This document shows, one piece after another, positions 1 to 9,837 of a stretch of DNA of 64,000 nucleotides. Where the stretch lies: contig JACAFG010000002.1 of the NCBI GenBank assembly GCA_019352195.1, forward strand, positions 167,820 through 231,819. Reading direction: 5' to 3'. The position numbers and the translations under genes were made by a program. Each line of letters starts with the position of its first letter. Within the stretch, counting starts at the first letter, position 1. The DNA comes from Candidatus Saccharimonadota bacterium (GTDB lineage: Bacteria > Patescibacteriota > Saccharimonadia > UBA4664). The notes under the pieces were generated by a model. The model searched no databases. It was not told where the DNA came from and saw nothing but the letters and a program-made list of their open reading frames with translations.

Positions 1-417
1 GAAGGAATTCAGACGATTCTAAATAGTTTTATTGAGCGCGGCAGGCGAGAAGATGTGGTTGAGGCGTACGGGATTAGTAATATAGACCGGGTGAATGATT
101 TTTTCCCCGCCATTAAGGCCGCCGGGTCGAATACTAAGCGCCGGGAAGCCGGTATCCATAGTAAGTTTCTGTACACTTCGGCGCGCGGACCCATTTTGCA
201 TGATAGTGATGAGGCCAGTAATCGCGAGTCACGATTTGTGCCTCTGGACAAATTTCCTATGACGAGCGATTTTACGATTGTGGGCGATAATGTCATGCTC
301 CTAACGCTCAATGGCAGGAATCCGCTCGGTATTACCATCACGAGCAGCGAACTGGCAGCAAGCTTTCGCGCTATCTTCGATATTACGTGGGCGGCAGCCG
401 AACCGTTTAATCGGTAA
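1..417 (+). CDS. TrmB-family transcriptional regulator, C-terminal part (5'-truncated by window edge)
   Basis: Frame 1 is open from base 1 (EGIQTILNSF...). The end 'DFTIVGDNVMLL...GITITSSELAASFRAIFDITW' resembles the TrmB/PLD-like C-terminal domain. Confidence 0.6.
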   Translation, partial: EGIQTILNSFIERGRREDVVEAYGISNIDRVNDFFPAIKAAGSNTKRREAGIHSKFLYTSARGPILHDSDEASNRESRFVPLDKFPMTSDFTIVGDNVMLLTLNGRNPLGITITSSELAASFRAIFDITWAAAEPFNR

Positions 418-470
418 TTTCTCCTAAAATTGCAGTGTTTGCTATCGAATGTTATTTATGACATTGCTGG

Positions 471-499
471 TTGACTCTACGCTCAATCTGAGTTAGTAT
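471..499 (+). promoter_or_regulatory. sigma70-type promoter of an orphan structured transcript
   Basis: TTGACT (471-476), 17 nt, TAGTAT (494-499). Confidence 0.55.
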
Positions 500-504
500 A
501 GTCG

Positions 505-860
505 TGCTCGCTTAGCAGATGATGGTTGCGAGCAATTCAACACAGTTAGCAGAGACCACCGGGTCAATGCGGCTGCTTCTCCAGAGAATGGCAGGTGTCT
601 CATGATTTCCTTCACCGGAAATTACGACGGCTCCAAGGCGCACCTCTAGGTTGAGGTGGTACTTGAAGCCCCGGTCGTTTTAAATTTCCGATGTGAGCAC
701 TAAGTCCTGACCGGGGCTGTGCTTATGGCGGAAACGCGAGGAATACGGAATTACCTGGCCGGCCGCCTGGTTCTTCCCGAGAGCCTCGAGTGAAGGTGGC
801 GCCGGAGCTGACGGGGGTAGCGTCAGCTCCGGCCCATCCATTCGTCAGCTCCGGTTCCAT
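505..860 (+). ncRNA. candidate structured ncRNA or leader with two micro-ORFs
   Basis: Stems 505-511/528-534, 552-556/597-601, 605-610/617-622, 641-646/653-658, 667-676/709-718 and 801-813/821-833. No long + strand ORF follows. Confidence 0.4.
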
Positions 861-1056
861 CGATGTCAAATCGAACCCATAGGCTTATGCCTTGCACCTT
901 GCATTCGAACACTGTCCGAGCGACGCAGCCTTATATTTTTTGAGTATGCGCTCATAATCTCTTGGATTTTGACGAGCTTCGCGGCTTGTTGAAATATTTT
1001 TAGCCCTGGCCTCACTGCATCGAGCAGCTGACGGCCGGGGCTTTGTCGTAGTTGCC

Positions 1057-2037
1057 CTAGATGGTTTCGTTATACCAATGGGGCACGGTTTCGGGGGCAA
1101 TGGTGTTGATGATAATGCCTGTTGCCATTTCGCCGCCGCCATAAAACATGGGTACACGAGGCTCTAGCTTGATTATGAGGTGATGATTATCGCCTGGTAA
1201 GGCTTCTTGAACGAAAAAGTTGAAACTAATTAGGTCCCGGTCGAGCCGCTCGGTAACATACTTGAGACTCGTGGCCAAGCGGCGGAGTTCACCGGCAGTT
1301 AAGTCGGCCAGGCGCGTCGTGTGGCGTTTGGTAATAAACCACGCCTCATAGGGATGCGTTGAAGCGTAGGGGGCAATTGTAAGCAGTTCTGAATCAGCCG
1401 TAATCAGTCGCTGATTTTGTTCTACCTCCCAGCAGCCGAGATCACAAACAGCGCAGGTGCCGTGTTTGTCCTGGTAGCTACTAAGAGCCACATGCTCGGC
1501 TTCGATGCGTGGGGGCATAAGAGGGAGTGCCATTATTTGGCTGTGAGTGTGCGTTACGCTGGTGCCTGCCAACGGTCCGTCGTTTTTGAAGGCCAGGACG
1601 TATCTAATACCAGGAAGAATGCTCAGAGAGGCGATCCGCTCGGTATACACGCGCAATATTGTTTCAATATGGCTAACACTGAGGCTTGAAAATTCTTGGG
1701 TGTGGTCCGGCGATTCGATGACTACTTCCATTGCCCCGTAGGCATTAGGATTGGTGAGCGACACAGCGGGGTACGCATTGGCTACGACGCGTACACGCCA
1801 GTGCTCAAGGTTAGGGACCGCCAAAATTGTTGGTTCACCGTCTAGGCAAAATGGGCAGGCAGCGTTGACGACCACGTGCGGTGTGGCCAGATTAGTAAAG
1901 CCGTGGGGACGATTATTGCGCCCAGGCGCAATAATAACGTACTGGTCAAGATAGTAGTGACGGCGGAGCGCCGACAAATTAACGTTGAATTTTGGCTTTG
2001 GATGAGTGCTCACGGTAATGCTTAATTGCCTCTTCAT
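1057..2037 (-). CDS. galT: galactose-1-phosphate uridylyltransferase (GalT/HIT-like)
   Basis: CPFC, W.VRVV.N.YPA, EVVIESPDH and GTSVTHTHSQI (HxHxQ) motifs. Start uncertain (ATG 2037 or GTG 2013) and overlaps the upstream gene. Confidence 0.85.
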   Translation of the reverse strand: MKRQLSITVSTHPKPKFNVNLSALRRHYYLDQYVIIAPGRNNRPHGFTNLATPHVVVNAACPFCLDGEPTILAVPNLEHWRVRVVANAYPAVSLTNPNAYGAMEVVIESPDHTQEFSSLSVSHIETILRVYTERIASLSILPGIRYVLAFKNDGPLAGTSVTHTHSQIMALPLMPPRIEAEHVALSSYQDKHGTCAVCDLGCWEVEQNQRLITADSELLTIAPYASTHPYEAWFITKRHTTRLADLTAGELRRLATSLKYVTERLDRDLISFNFFVQEALPGDNHHLIIKLEPRVPMFYGGGEMATGIIINTIAPETVPHWYNETI

Positions 2038-3259
2038 ATAACCGTAACAACTTTGTGGCCTGAGCGGAAGCACTATAGCTGAGAGCGAGACGCCTGGCGG
2101 CGGCTCCTAACTTCGAACCGAGGGCAGGGTCGTCTAGTAATTGGACAATTTTTGCGGCTAAATCCTTGGCATTGGGACGCGCGTAGAGCCCGGTCACACC
2201 GTCGCGCATGATTTCAGAGATATGGGGATCAATCATGACAATGGGAAGTCCAGCCAGCGCCGCCTCGTTTACCACGAGGCCTTGCGTATCTGCTAGCGAG
2301 GGGAAGGCGAAAACTCGCGCTAGTGCGTAAATAGCGCCTAATTTAGTTCGCAAAACTTGGCCGGGGAAGGAGATACGCTCACTTAGGCCTTCAGATTCGG
2401 CCAGTTTTATCATGTCTTCTCGAACCGGTCCTTCACCAATCACTAAGAGTTTAGCGGTCGGTTTATGTTTGCTAATGAGTGCGAAGGCCCGAACGAGTAA
2501 TTCGATATTCTTTTCTCCACCGACACGACCGACAAACAGGATGACCTCATCGGTCTCGGTGATGCCGTAGTGTTTGCGAGCGGCATTTATTTCGGCTTTT
2601 GTTGTCATAATTTCATCAATACCGGTCGGTAAAATGGCCATCGGCGCACTAGTTTGCCAACCTTTGAGCTGCATCATCATTTTTTCCGATGGCGCAATTA
2701 CCATATCGCAATGGTTATGAACCATGGTGACGCCGCGCTCAACGATTTTTTGATTCCATTTATCAATGCTGCGTTCAGGCTTAATCGCCGATAGGCCCGT
2801 ACGGTATTCGTCCATACCGCCACCCGTGACAATGGGACCCAGCATCGAAAGGGCAATAATGCCGGGCAGTACAGCCGGGTAATGGGTGACGTATTCAAAG
2901 AGGTCCGTGTGGTATGTAGTAACTAGCGGGATTTTTTTGTGGATGGCAAAGTAAGCGCCCAGCATCCCGACCTGACCAGGCGTTTGATAATGCACAATAT
3001 CGAGGCCAAGTTTATCGATTTTGCGCACGATTTGCGGTGGAAAGAATAAACTGGTTGAGTAATCGTCAAAAAATAGTCCTTTAACCGCGGGAAACCGAAT
3101 AACTTTGGGGTTCGTTTCTTTATGTCTTAGGCTATCGGCCGGCGCAATAATAAATACTTCGTGCCCCATGAGCTCAAGTTGGATACGAAAGCTTTCGATC
3201 GAGTACGTAACACCATCGGTGTTGGGGAGATAGCGGTCGGAAAAGAGGCCGATTTTCAT
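1979..3259 (-). CDS. GT4 glycosyltransferase (diacylglycerol glucosyltransferase-like)
   Basis: MKIGLFSDRYLP..DGV N-terminus, TYHT, FVGR...EKN and DTQGLVVNEA GT-B motifs. Confidence 0.9.
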   Translation of the reverse strand: MKIGLFSDRYLPNTDGVTYSIESFRIQLELMGHEVFIIAPADSLRHKETNPKVIRFPAVKGLFFDDYSTSLFFPPQIVRKIDKLGLDIVHYQTPGQVGMLGAYFAIHKKIPLVTTYHTDLFEYVTHYPAVLPGIIALSMLGPIVTGGGMDEYRTGLSAIKPERSIDKWNQKIVERGVTMVHNHCDMVIAPSEKMMMQLKGWQTSAPMAILPTGIDEIMTTKAEINAARKHYGITETDEVILFVGRVGGEKNIELLVRAFALISKHKPTAKLLVIGEGPVREDMIKLAESEGLSERISFPGQVLRTKLGAIYALARVFAFPSLADTQGLVVNEAALAGLPIVMIDPHISEIMRDGVTGLYARPNAKDLAAKIVQLLDDPALGSKLGAAARRLALSYSASAQATKLLRLYEEAIKHYREHSSKAKIQR

Positions 3260-3377
3260 TTTATGCCTTCGCTCACGGGTTATATCTGCGGGACGTTATT
3301 CTCTAGTATAATACAGCAAGTATAGTGGTGAGTGCGTAGTTAGCGCAGCGCCTCAACAGCAAAATGAGAGGAAACCC

Positions 3378-4106
3378 ATGAAGATTTCGGTTGTGATTCC
3401 AACGCTCACTGAGGCGACTACCATTAGCGGCATGCTGGATCAGTTTGGTGATAGCGCGAGGCGCCGTGAGCTGGACCTCGAAGTTATTGTATCCGACGGT
3501 GGTAGCAAGGACGATACAGCGGCGGTGGCACAGCGTCTGGCCGACAAAGTGGTGGTGTGGGACACGGCCAAAGGGCGTCAGACAATTGGTTTGGGGCGTA
3601 ATATGGGCGCGGCTGAGGCGATCGGTGACATTATTGTGTTTTTGGATTCAGATGTGCGTATTGGCGACGCGGCGACCTTTTTTGGAATTGTGCGCCAAAC
3701 CTTTGCTGATCCGAAAATTGTAGCCTCTAACTGTAGTGTGCTCATCTACCCTCAGGACCAAACCTTATTTGACGCCATATTCCACCGCAGCTTCTCGTTT
3801 ATTTTGTGGGCCCTCAATAGTGTTGGCTATGGTACGTCACGTGGCGAGTGTCAGATGGTGCGGCGGGTAAACTTTGAACAGTTGGGTGGCTATAACGGTA
3901 AAATGCCCACCTCTGAGGACTTTGATTTGTTTCATCGATTATCCAAAATCGGCAAAATTAAGTATTTATTGGGCACCAAAGTCTATGAATCACCGCGCCG
4001 TTACCGCAAATACGGATACCCCAAGCTTCTCCTGCTCTGGGTGAGCAATTGGCTGGGCGCAATTTTTCACCGTTCTAACACCGCCGAATGGGAAGAGGTT
4101 CGTTAA
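3378..4106 (+). CDS. GT2 family glycosyltransferase
   Basis: ISVVIPT, VSDGGSKD, GRNMGA, FLDSD, SEDFD and SPRR motifs. Confidence 0.9.
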   Translation: MKISVVIPTLTEATTISGMLDQFGDSARRRELDLEVIVSDGGSKDDTAAVAQRLADKVVVWDTAKGRQTIGLGRNMGAAEAIGDIIVFLDSDVRIGDAATFFGIVRQTFADPKIVASNCSVLIYPQDQTLFDAIFHRSFSFILWALNSVGYGTSRGECQMVRRVNFEQLGGYNGKMPTSEDFDLFHRLSKIGKIKYLLGTKVYESPRRYRKYGYPKLLLLWVSNWLGAIFHRSNTAEWEEVR

Positions 4107-4109
4107 CCC

Positions 4110-5402
4110 TTGAGTTACTTAGCTACCATTCGTGAGGGGCGGTTCAACTGTCTTTGGACCTCCCAGATTTTGTCCCAAGTGGCCATTAATCTCCTTAACT
4201 TTGCCCTTATCATTAATGTTTACAACACGACCGGCGGTAAGCATTACGCCAATATTGTCATTAGCTTACTCGTACTAAGTTACGGGCTGCCGTCAATTTT
4301 TTTCTCAGCCATAGCAGGCGCGTTGGTCGATCGTTGGAATACGCGCTACGCCCTGCTTGGTAGTAACCTGTTGCGTGCCGGGCTGGTGTTGTTATATTTG
4401 CCTTTTCACCACAATTTATGGCTGATTTTGGCCCTGACCTTTGTGATCTCGAGTGTTGGCCAGGTGTTTGTGCCTGCAGAAAGCTCGATGATTCCTAGCC
4501 TGGTATCGAAAGAGAATTTGTTATCAGCCAACTCACTATTTGTATTTAGCTTGTACGCCTCCTTTATTGTTGGTTACGCGGTGGCTGCCCCAGTAATTGC
4601 AGTCTTTGGTGAGTTAGGCCCATACCTTATAACGGCGGCCATGTTTACCCTGGCGACGCTGGCGCTTCTAGGGCTGCCGCGTAGCATCACACCGGCCAGG
4701 ATGCCCAAAAAAGACCCTGGTGTCGTAGGTCGACAAAGTTTTTCGAGCGAGCTGAGTCTGGGTATGCGAGTTATACGATCGGATAAATGGCTGGGCTTTG
4801 CGATTCGTCAGCTCACCATCACGCAGGGGATAGTATCAATTATCCTTACTTTGGCACCGGCGCTATCCTTGGGGCTGTTGCATCTACCGCTGCAGCATTC
4901 CAGCCAGTACCTGATCATTCCGGCCGGCCTTGGCATGGTAGCGGGTGTGGCTGGCGTATCTCACTTAGCTAAGCGTTGGAGTAAAATCCGCGTACTGGAG
5001 GTTGGTCTGGTGCTCGCCGGTGCCGCTCTCATGCTCCTCGGACTTACTGGGTTGTTGTATCAACCGCATCATGGACACTTCATAGTACCGGCTTCACGCA
5101 TAGGGCCGATTGTGGCCGTAATGGTGTTTGTATTGGGTATGCTTAACGCCATCATTTCATCGACTGCCCAGACCTTGCTGCAGGAGAAAGCGACCGAAGA
5201 AACGCGCGGCAAGGTGTTTGGGACCATGAATATGTTTATTAACCTCGCGGCGACGGTGCCAATTTTGGTGACCGGCATTTTGGCTGACCTAATAAAGGTA
5301 ACCACGGTAGTGACTATTTTGGGCGGCCTAGTCGTAGCCTACGGTTTGGTTCAGCTGGCACAGCTAAAACGCTATCGCCGAACGGGTTTGCTCACTGAAT
5401 AG
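4110..5402 (+). CDS. MFS transporter
   Basis: About 12 hydrophobic segments, motif A (GALVDRWN) and QTLLQE...RGKVFG. Confidence 0.9.
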   Translation: MSYLATIREGRFNCLWTSQILSQVAINLLNFALIINVYNTTGGKHYANIVISLLVLSYGLPSIFFSAIAGALVDRWNTRYALLGSNLLRAGLVLLYLPFHHNLWLILALTFVISSVGQVFVPAESSMIPSLVSKENLLSANSLFVFSLYASFIVGYAVAAPVIAVFGELGPYLITAAMFTLATLALLGLPRSITPARMPKKDPGVVGRQSFSSELSLGMRVIRSDKWLGFAIRQLTITQGIVSIILTLAPALSLGLLHLPLQHSSQYLIIPAGLGMVAGVAGVSHLAKRWSKIRVLEVGLVLAGAALMLLGLTGLLYQPHHGHFIVPASRIGPIVAVMVFVLGMLNAIISSTAQTLLQEKATEETRGKVFGTMNMFINLAATVPILVTGILADLIKVTTVVTILGGLVVAYGLVQLAQLKRYRRTGLLTE

Positions 5403-5406
5403 CACA

Positions 5407-5438
5407 ACAAAAATGGAGGCCAAGGCCTCCATTTTTGT
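5407..5438. terminator. bidirectional intrinsic terminator
   Basis: ACAAAAATGGAGGCC-AA-GGCCTCCATTTTTGT perfect inverted repeat between convergent genes. Confidence 0.8.
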
Positions 5439-5456
5439 ACCAGCTCGCTACCGACT

Positions 5457-5699
5457 TTAGCGGTAGTCGGCTTCAGCCTCGCGCTGAAGGTTTTCGTCAT
5501 CCAGCTGGTCGACCAAATGGGGATTAGCCGCGCTGTCGATAGTTGCGGCAAAGTCCTCTTCGTACAAATCGGCTTCGGGCTCGTCAAGTCGTTCGCGGAA
5601 AGCGTTCTTAGGGGCCTCGGTGGGCGTTGCTTCGTCGGCGGCGTCTGGAATTAACTGTTCATCATCTAAATCGGTGTGCAACATGTCGTCTTGTTCCAT
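5457..5699 (-). CDS. small highly acidic hypothetical protein
   Basis: 80 aa, D/E-rich, strong SD (AAGAGGAG). Similar to 15102-15353. Confidence 0.7.
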   Translation of the reverse strand: MEQDDMLHTDLDDEQLIPDAADEATPTEAPKNAFRERLDEPEADLYEEDFAATIDSAANPHLVDQLDDENLQREAEADYR

Positions 5700-5889
5700 T
5701 GTTATCTCCTCTTGTTACCGTAGCATCGTAACGCGTTTCGGGAAGATGCAATAGGGCAGCCTCACCAAAAGAAGTTCGTTCAAAATGCTTATAAATTGGT
5801 AAAAAGTGTTGCAACAGATACAACAATTCTTATGCTTAATTATTGAAAATGAGGCTATTTTTTGTTAAACTAAGCTAGTTCAACAGTTT

Positions 5890-6266
5890 GGGGCTGATCA
5901 GCTTCGACGTTGGGATCTTTACCAGGTTAAAGCGCAGGTCGACTGGCCGCCGTAAGCGGGCAACAAGTTGTTAAATGACAACTTAATTTCGCGGGTCAAG
6001 GCTGCCTTCACGGCTCCTTCATTCGCTCCTGTTTACGCCTAATAACGTAGACTATCGGCACCTGACTCCTGATGGGGATCCGCCGGTATCAAATCATCAG
6101 GACGCTCTAGACGGCTTGTCTCAGCCGACTAGCTAAGATTTGAGACTGCTTCACTCGTCAGTTTGTCTGGCATGATGATGGGTGACTAAGATCAAAACCA
6201 GACTATATCTGTAGTGCTTGACCAGTAACCTAACGGACCCGAGTGCAATTCTCGGCAGCTCCACCA
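5890..6266 (+). ncRNA. ssrA: tmRNA
   Basis: 5' GGGGCTGATCAGCTTCGAC, 3' T-arm CCGAGTGCAATTCTCGG and CAGCTCCACCA. Tag frame 5977-6042 reads (A)DNLISRVKAAFTAPSFAPVYA followed by two stops. Confidence 0.95.
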
Positions 6267-6297
6267 TAAATGCCCCAGCGAAAGCTGGGGCATTTAT
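6266..6297 (+). terminator. intrinsic terminator of ssrA
   Basis: ATAAATGCCCCAGC-GAAA-GCTGGGGCATTTAT. Confidence 0.85.
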
Positions 6298-6316
6298 GAT
6301 TTGCTATCATTCGATT

Positions 6317-6871
6317 ATGACAAGCCAAGAGTTTAATACTATCTATAGTTATCATCGTCCGATGCTGCAATTTGATGGGGCACGGCAGCGCCCGGTTTTG
6401 GTGGCGTTTTCAGCGGTGCCGGGAAGCGGCAAGTCGACTTTGACCAGTCATCTCGTTAATGATTTCGGATTTATATTAGTGGCTAACAAACATGTGCGGG
6501 AGGCGATTGATCAAGCCGGGTTTGATCCTTCGGTGGGCAGTGATTATACTCTGACATTGCTTAATATTCTGACAGACGATACTCAACCAAGTATTGTGCT
6601 CGATCGTAATATCGATCAATGGTACGAACAAATCGTATTATGGTGTCGACAACGTAAATATGAGCTGGTTGTGGTCCGGATTAATGTTACGTATGAAATT
6701 TTGAAGCGGCGGATACAGGCTCGCCGGCCAGATGATCGTGATCATACGTTTGAGGTTTTGGATTTCTATCTCGAACAGCATGCCTTGCTTGGTAATAGTG
6801 TTGCGGTTAGCCTTGAGCTGGTTGATGATTTTGATCTGAATGAAAGTGCGCAACACATTGCCGATTTCTAA
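6317..6871 (+). CDS. P-loop kinase (AAA_33-like)
   Basis: Walker A (AVPGSGKST), IVLD and the R..R lid. Start moved to ATG 6317 because the longer ORF overlaps ssrA. Confidence 0.75.
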   Translation: MTSQEFNTIYSYHRPMLQFDGARQRPVLVAFSAVPGSGKSTLTSHLVNDFGFILVANKHVREAIDQAGFDPSVGSDYTLTLLNILTDDTQPSIVLDRNIDQWYEQIVLWCRQRKYELVVVRINVTYEILKRRIQARRPDDRDHTFEVLDFYLEQHALLGNSVAVSLELVDDFDLNESAQHIADF

Positions 6872-6900
6872 AATGTTGGGTGGCTTGCTATAATCCGGCT

Positions 6901-7311
6901 ATGAAAACCAAGGTACTCGTAATTGCCGTCATCAAAAAAGACAGCACCGTGCTCATGCGCAAGAAGCCAGCCGGGTCGCCGCCATACACGGAGACGTGGT
7001 ATTTGTTTGGCGGGGAATTAACACCCGGGATAGCCCCTGAAAAGGCGGCACAGGACATTGTGCGGCAGCAGGCGGGGATTGAGATCCGTATGACCGAGCA
7101 ATCGTCCTGGGATACTGAGGTGAAGGCCGATTTGGATGGTGAAACCAAACAATTTGTGTATTTGGATGCGATTTTCGAGTATGTCAGTGGTGATCTTGTT
7201 ATTGCGCCGGGGATTGAGAAGCTCGAATGGGCTCCCATTGATAACTTGAGCGAGTATGATCTGGTGCCGCCAAGCGTAGAGCTGTTTAAGAAGCTCGGTT
7301 ATCTTTTGTAA
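6901..7311 (+). CDS. NUDIX-fold hydrolase (degenerate Nudix box)
   Basis: VLMRKK...W.LFGG.L.PG..PE.AA...V.QQAGI pattern. Confidence 0.75.
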   Translation: MKTKVLVIAVIKKDSTVLMRKKPAGSPPYTETWYLFGGELTPGIAPEKAAQDIVRQQAGIEIRMTEQSSWDTEVKADLDGETKQFVYLDAIFEYVSGDLVIAPGIEKLEWAPIDNLSEYDLVPPSVELFKKLGYLL

Positions 7312-7452
7312 CCAGTCTATTTTTGCCTCTCGGCGGTGACGCGGCTGACCGAGTTCGTTCGTAGTGCAAACGTTGTTCTGCATCTGCGAGGGCACTTTCG
7401 CTTGGCAGCAGCGGAATGGGGTTAGGGGTTGCGGCTGATCTATAATTGCTTC

Positions 7453-7995
7453 ATGAGAACTTACGAAGAGATCAGGGCGACATATAGGCCTGAGACAATA
7501 GAATATTTGTTGATTGCAGAGTCGCCTCCGCCAGAAGGTCGAGAGACTAGTAGTAGGCAGTTTTATCGCGCCGATTATGCTAGGCCAGACGATCGGTTAT
7601 ATGCCTACACTATGCGCGCAGTGTTTGACGAAGCTAATGCACTTGATAGCAAAGCTCTTGAGGCTAGCAAAGAGCAGTGGTTACAACGATTTAAGGCTGG
7701 CGAATTCTATATGATTGAGGCCTTGGAGACTTCGTTACAACATAAAGTGACGAAAAATGAGCGTCAGGCGTTGTTAGTAGAACATCAGAATGAATTCATT
7801 GAGCGTGTTCGAGCGCTTGCTACGCCGTCAACGAAGCTGATTTTAATAAAGTCGAATGTGTTTGTGGTACTGGCCGAGCCGCTACGGGCGGCCGGTTTTA
7901 GCGTTCTGAATAAGGAATTATTAGATTATCCGGGGCGTTTCAACACGCGCGATTACCGAGAAAAGTTAGGCGCGATGCTTAGGAACTCAGCGTAA
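7453..7995 (+). CDS. uracil-DNA glycosylase-like superfamily protein
   Basis: YRPETI.YLLIAESPP motif and a C-terminal L.YP. Confidence 0.55.
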   Translation: MRTYEEIRATYRPETIEYLLIAESPPPEGRETSSRQFYRADYARPDDRLYAYTMRAVFDEANALDSKALEASKEQWLQRFKAGEFYMIEALETSLQHKVTKNERQALLVEHQNEFIERVRALATPSTKLILIKSNVFVVLAEPLRAAGFSVLNKELLDYPGRFNTRDYREKLGAMLRNSA

Positions 7996-8050
7996 ACGTT
8001 TGATTTTCGACCGTTTGGGCGGCGCTCGTGATAAGATTTGAGCTAAATTC

Positions 8051-8656
8051 ATGGCTACAACAGTAAAAATTTGTTCGAATTGTGGTGGCGACGTAAAGCC
8101 TAAGGCTAAGTTTTGTTCGAATTGCGGCCATGATCTCCTCGTTGCGTCGCATCATATGCTTGTCACGGACCCGAGCGATGCGCGGCCAGTCGATAAGTCG
8201 GTTGAAATTTCCGAGCACGAGGCTTATTTCATTGTTGCGCCTTATAAGTTGGCGATATTGTTTGTCACAACGCTCGGGCTATACAACATCTATTGGATGT
8301 ATAAGCAGTGGCAGATGGTTATGCGGCGCGAAAATCGGCCCTTGCGGCCGTTTTGGCGGGCGCTGTTTTCGGTTATTTATGTCTACCCATTATTTAAAGC
8401 TCTCAAAATTAAAGGTGACGTCTGGCTCGCTGTTGTGTTTATTGTGCCAGGGCTCACCTATAAGTTGCCTGGTGGATGGTGGCTGCTGGGCTACCTGAAT
8501 TTGATTCCATTGCTGGTGGTTCAGAGCCGGCTCAATGAGCGAAGTGACAACGTTGGTGCAGGCGGCCATTTTAGTCCGCAGGCGGTCGTTGTGGCTGTTT
8601 TGGGGTCCCTCATACTCCTACTCGCGCTGGTTGGCACGTTCATACCAGGTAACTAA
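8051..8656 (+). CDS. zinc-ribbon membrane protein (DUF4234-like)
   Basis: CSNCG....KAKFCSNCG, TLGLY.IYWMYKQW and TM helices. Confidence 0.75.
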   Translation: MATTVKICSNCGGDVKPKAKFCSNCGHDLLVASHHMLVTDPSDARPVDKSVEISEHEAYFIVAPYKLAILFVTTLGLYNIYWMYKQWQMVMRRENRPLRPFWRALFSVIYVYPLFKALKIKGDVWLAVVFIVPGLTYKLPGGWWLLGYLNLIPLLVVQSRLNERSDNVGAGGHFSPQAVVVAVLGSLILLLALVGTFIPGN

Positions 8657-8792
8657 ACCGCGAATTAGTAATTGTAATATTTGTGTTTTTGTGCTATCAT
8701 ATTAGTGTGCGTGATAGCGTTTTCGTTTGATTTTTCACTTGCTCGGTTTGTTTGTACCTTCAATCGCCCTTTGGGCAGACAGGCGCGTTGCC

Positions 8793-9092
8793 ATGACAGC
8801 AGCAATTGCAGCAGTGGCATTCAAAGTACCGCCATTCGAAATCACCCCGCGCAATTGGGGCGCAAAGCAGGCCGCAGGCTACCGGTGGGTCCGCAACATC
8901 GAGTGGCCCCACAATGGGGACGGGGAGCCTACGGCGGCAGAGCGGTCGCGGCTCGAATGGGTCGTGAACGACACAATCGCTGCGGGCAAAGTGGACATCG
9001 TTCTGGGGTCCGCGATCCACCCCGACGACATGAAACCGTCCGACAGCACCACGCCCCATCCACGCCTCCGCGGCGTCTACGCACGCGGCTGA
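8793..9092 (+). CDS. hypothetical protein
   Basis: GC-rich ORF starting MTAAIAAV, followed by a strong hairpin at 9107-9149. Confidence 0.5.
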   Translation: MTAAIAAVAFKVPPFEITPRNWGAKQAAGYRWVRNIEWPHNGDGEPTAAERSRLEWVVNDTIAAGKVDIVLGSAIHPDDMKPSDSTTPHPRLRGVYARG

Positions 9093-9106
9093 CGCGCATC
9101 CACACC

Positions 9107-9160
9107 ACGCGGGTGGATAGTTCTATTATCAGAGCTGTCCACCCGCGTTTCGCATTTTTT
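9107..9160 (+). terminator. intrinsic terminator
   Basis: ACGCGGGTGGATAG...CTGTCCACCCGCGT followed by a T-rich tail. Confidence 0.65.
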
Positions 9161-9227
9161 GATGTCATTATTACAATAATTCCAGTACTCTCCTGGCCAG
9201 GTGAGTAGTTTTTGGTGAAGAAATGGA

Positions 9228-9740
9228 TCATTCGTACCCTTGTTGTAAGGCCGCCAGACGCCGGAGAAGCAGCTGATAACCAGGACGCTCGCTGGTATCG
9301 GGTATAGACTTGGTCAATTGGCTCCGAAAGTTCGCCGCGGCTGAGCTTACGGCGGGATCGGTCATTGGTATTTGATGCTCGTCTCGAATGCAAACTGTCA
9401 GCTGGCGCCTTAGCCACGGCCGGGGCCATCCGGATAATACTCCATTGAGGTAGTTTGACCACCGATCCCGATCGAGAGTTCCAGGCAAGTCATTTATCGT
9501 GACGGCTTGTGAGTCGTGCGAATAGCTGGCAATAAAGCCTGTAAAACGAGATCCTTCCCGGCTTCCGAGGACCGCGACCATCGAAAGGGGATCAGACGTG
9601 CTCGCCGCATCGAAGCTGGCGCGCACAATGATCTCATCGCAAGCGAGTTGTGTCGTGAGCCACTGGCCGTTCATAAGCGGTGCAACAGTTGGTTGTACGG
9701 GGGAAGTACTCATAGTGAGCTCCAAATTGTCGATGATCAA
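9228..9740 (-). CDS. hypothetical protein
   Basis: 170-aa ORF with an SD-like GGAGGAG upstream. No recognised motif. Confidence 0.5.
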   Translation of the reverse strand: MIIDNLELTMSTSPVQPTVAPLMNGQWLTTQLACDEIIVRASFDAASTSDPLSMVAVLGSREGSRFTGFIASYSHDSQAVTINDLPGTLDRDRWSNYLNGVLSGWPRPWLRRQLTVCIRDEHQIPMTDPAVSSAAANFRSQLTKSIPDTSERPGYQLLLRRLAALQQGYE

Positions 9741-9837
9741 TAGCGAACGTAACTAAACTCCTCCTGCCCAGGATTGGCCCCATGGTAACACAGCCTGCGA
9801 AACAAATAATCGGCAGTTATCTGATACAATTGCGCTA

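Noticed and set aside
640-670. T-box riboswitch (GAGGTGGTAC)
   Set aside because: Lacks the ACCGCG continuation, a U-tailed terminator and a downstream amino-acid gene.
885-1157. 90-aa minus-strand ORF
   Set aside because: It overlaps galT in another frame and has no motif or start signal.
6218-6316. N-terminal extension of the kinase ORF
   Set aside because: It overlaps the tmRNA 3' end and terminator. A -10 box supports ATG 6317.
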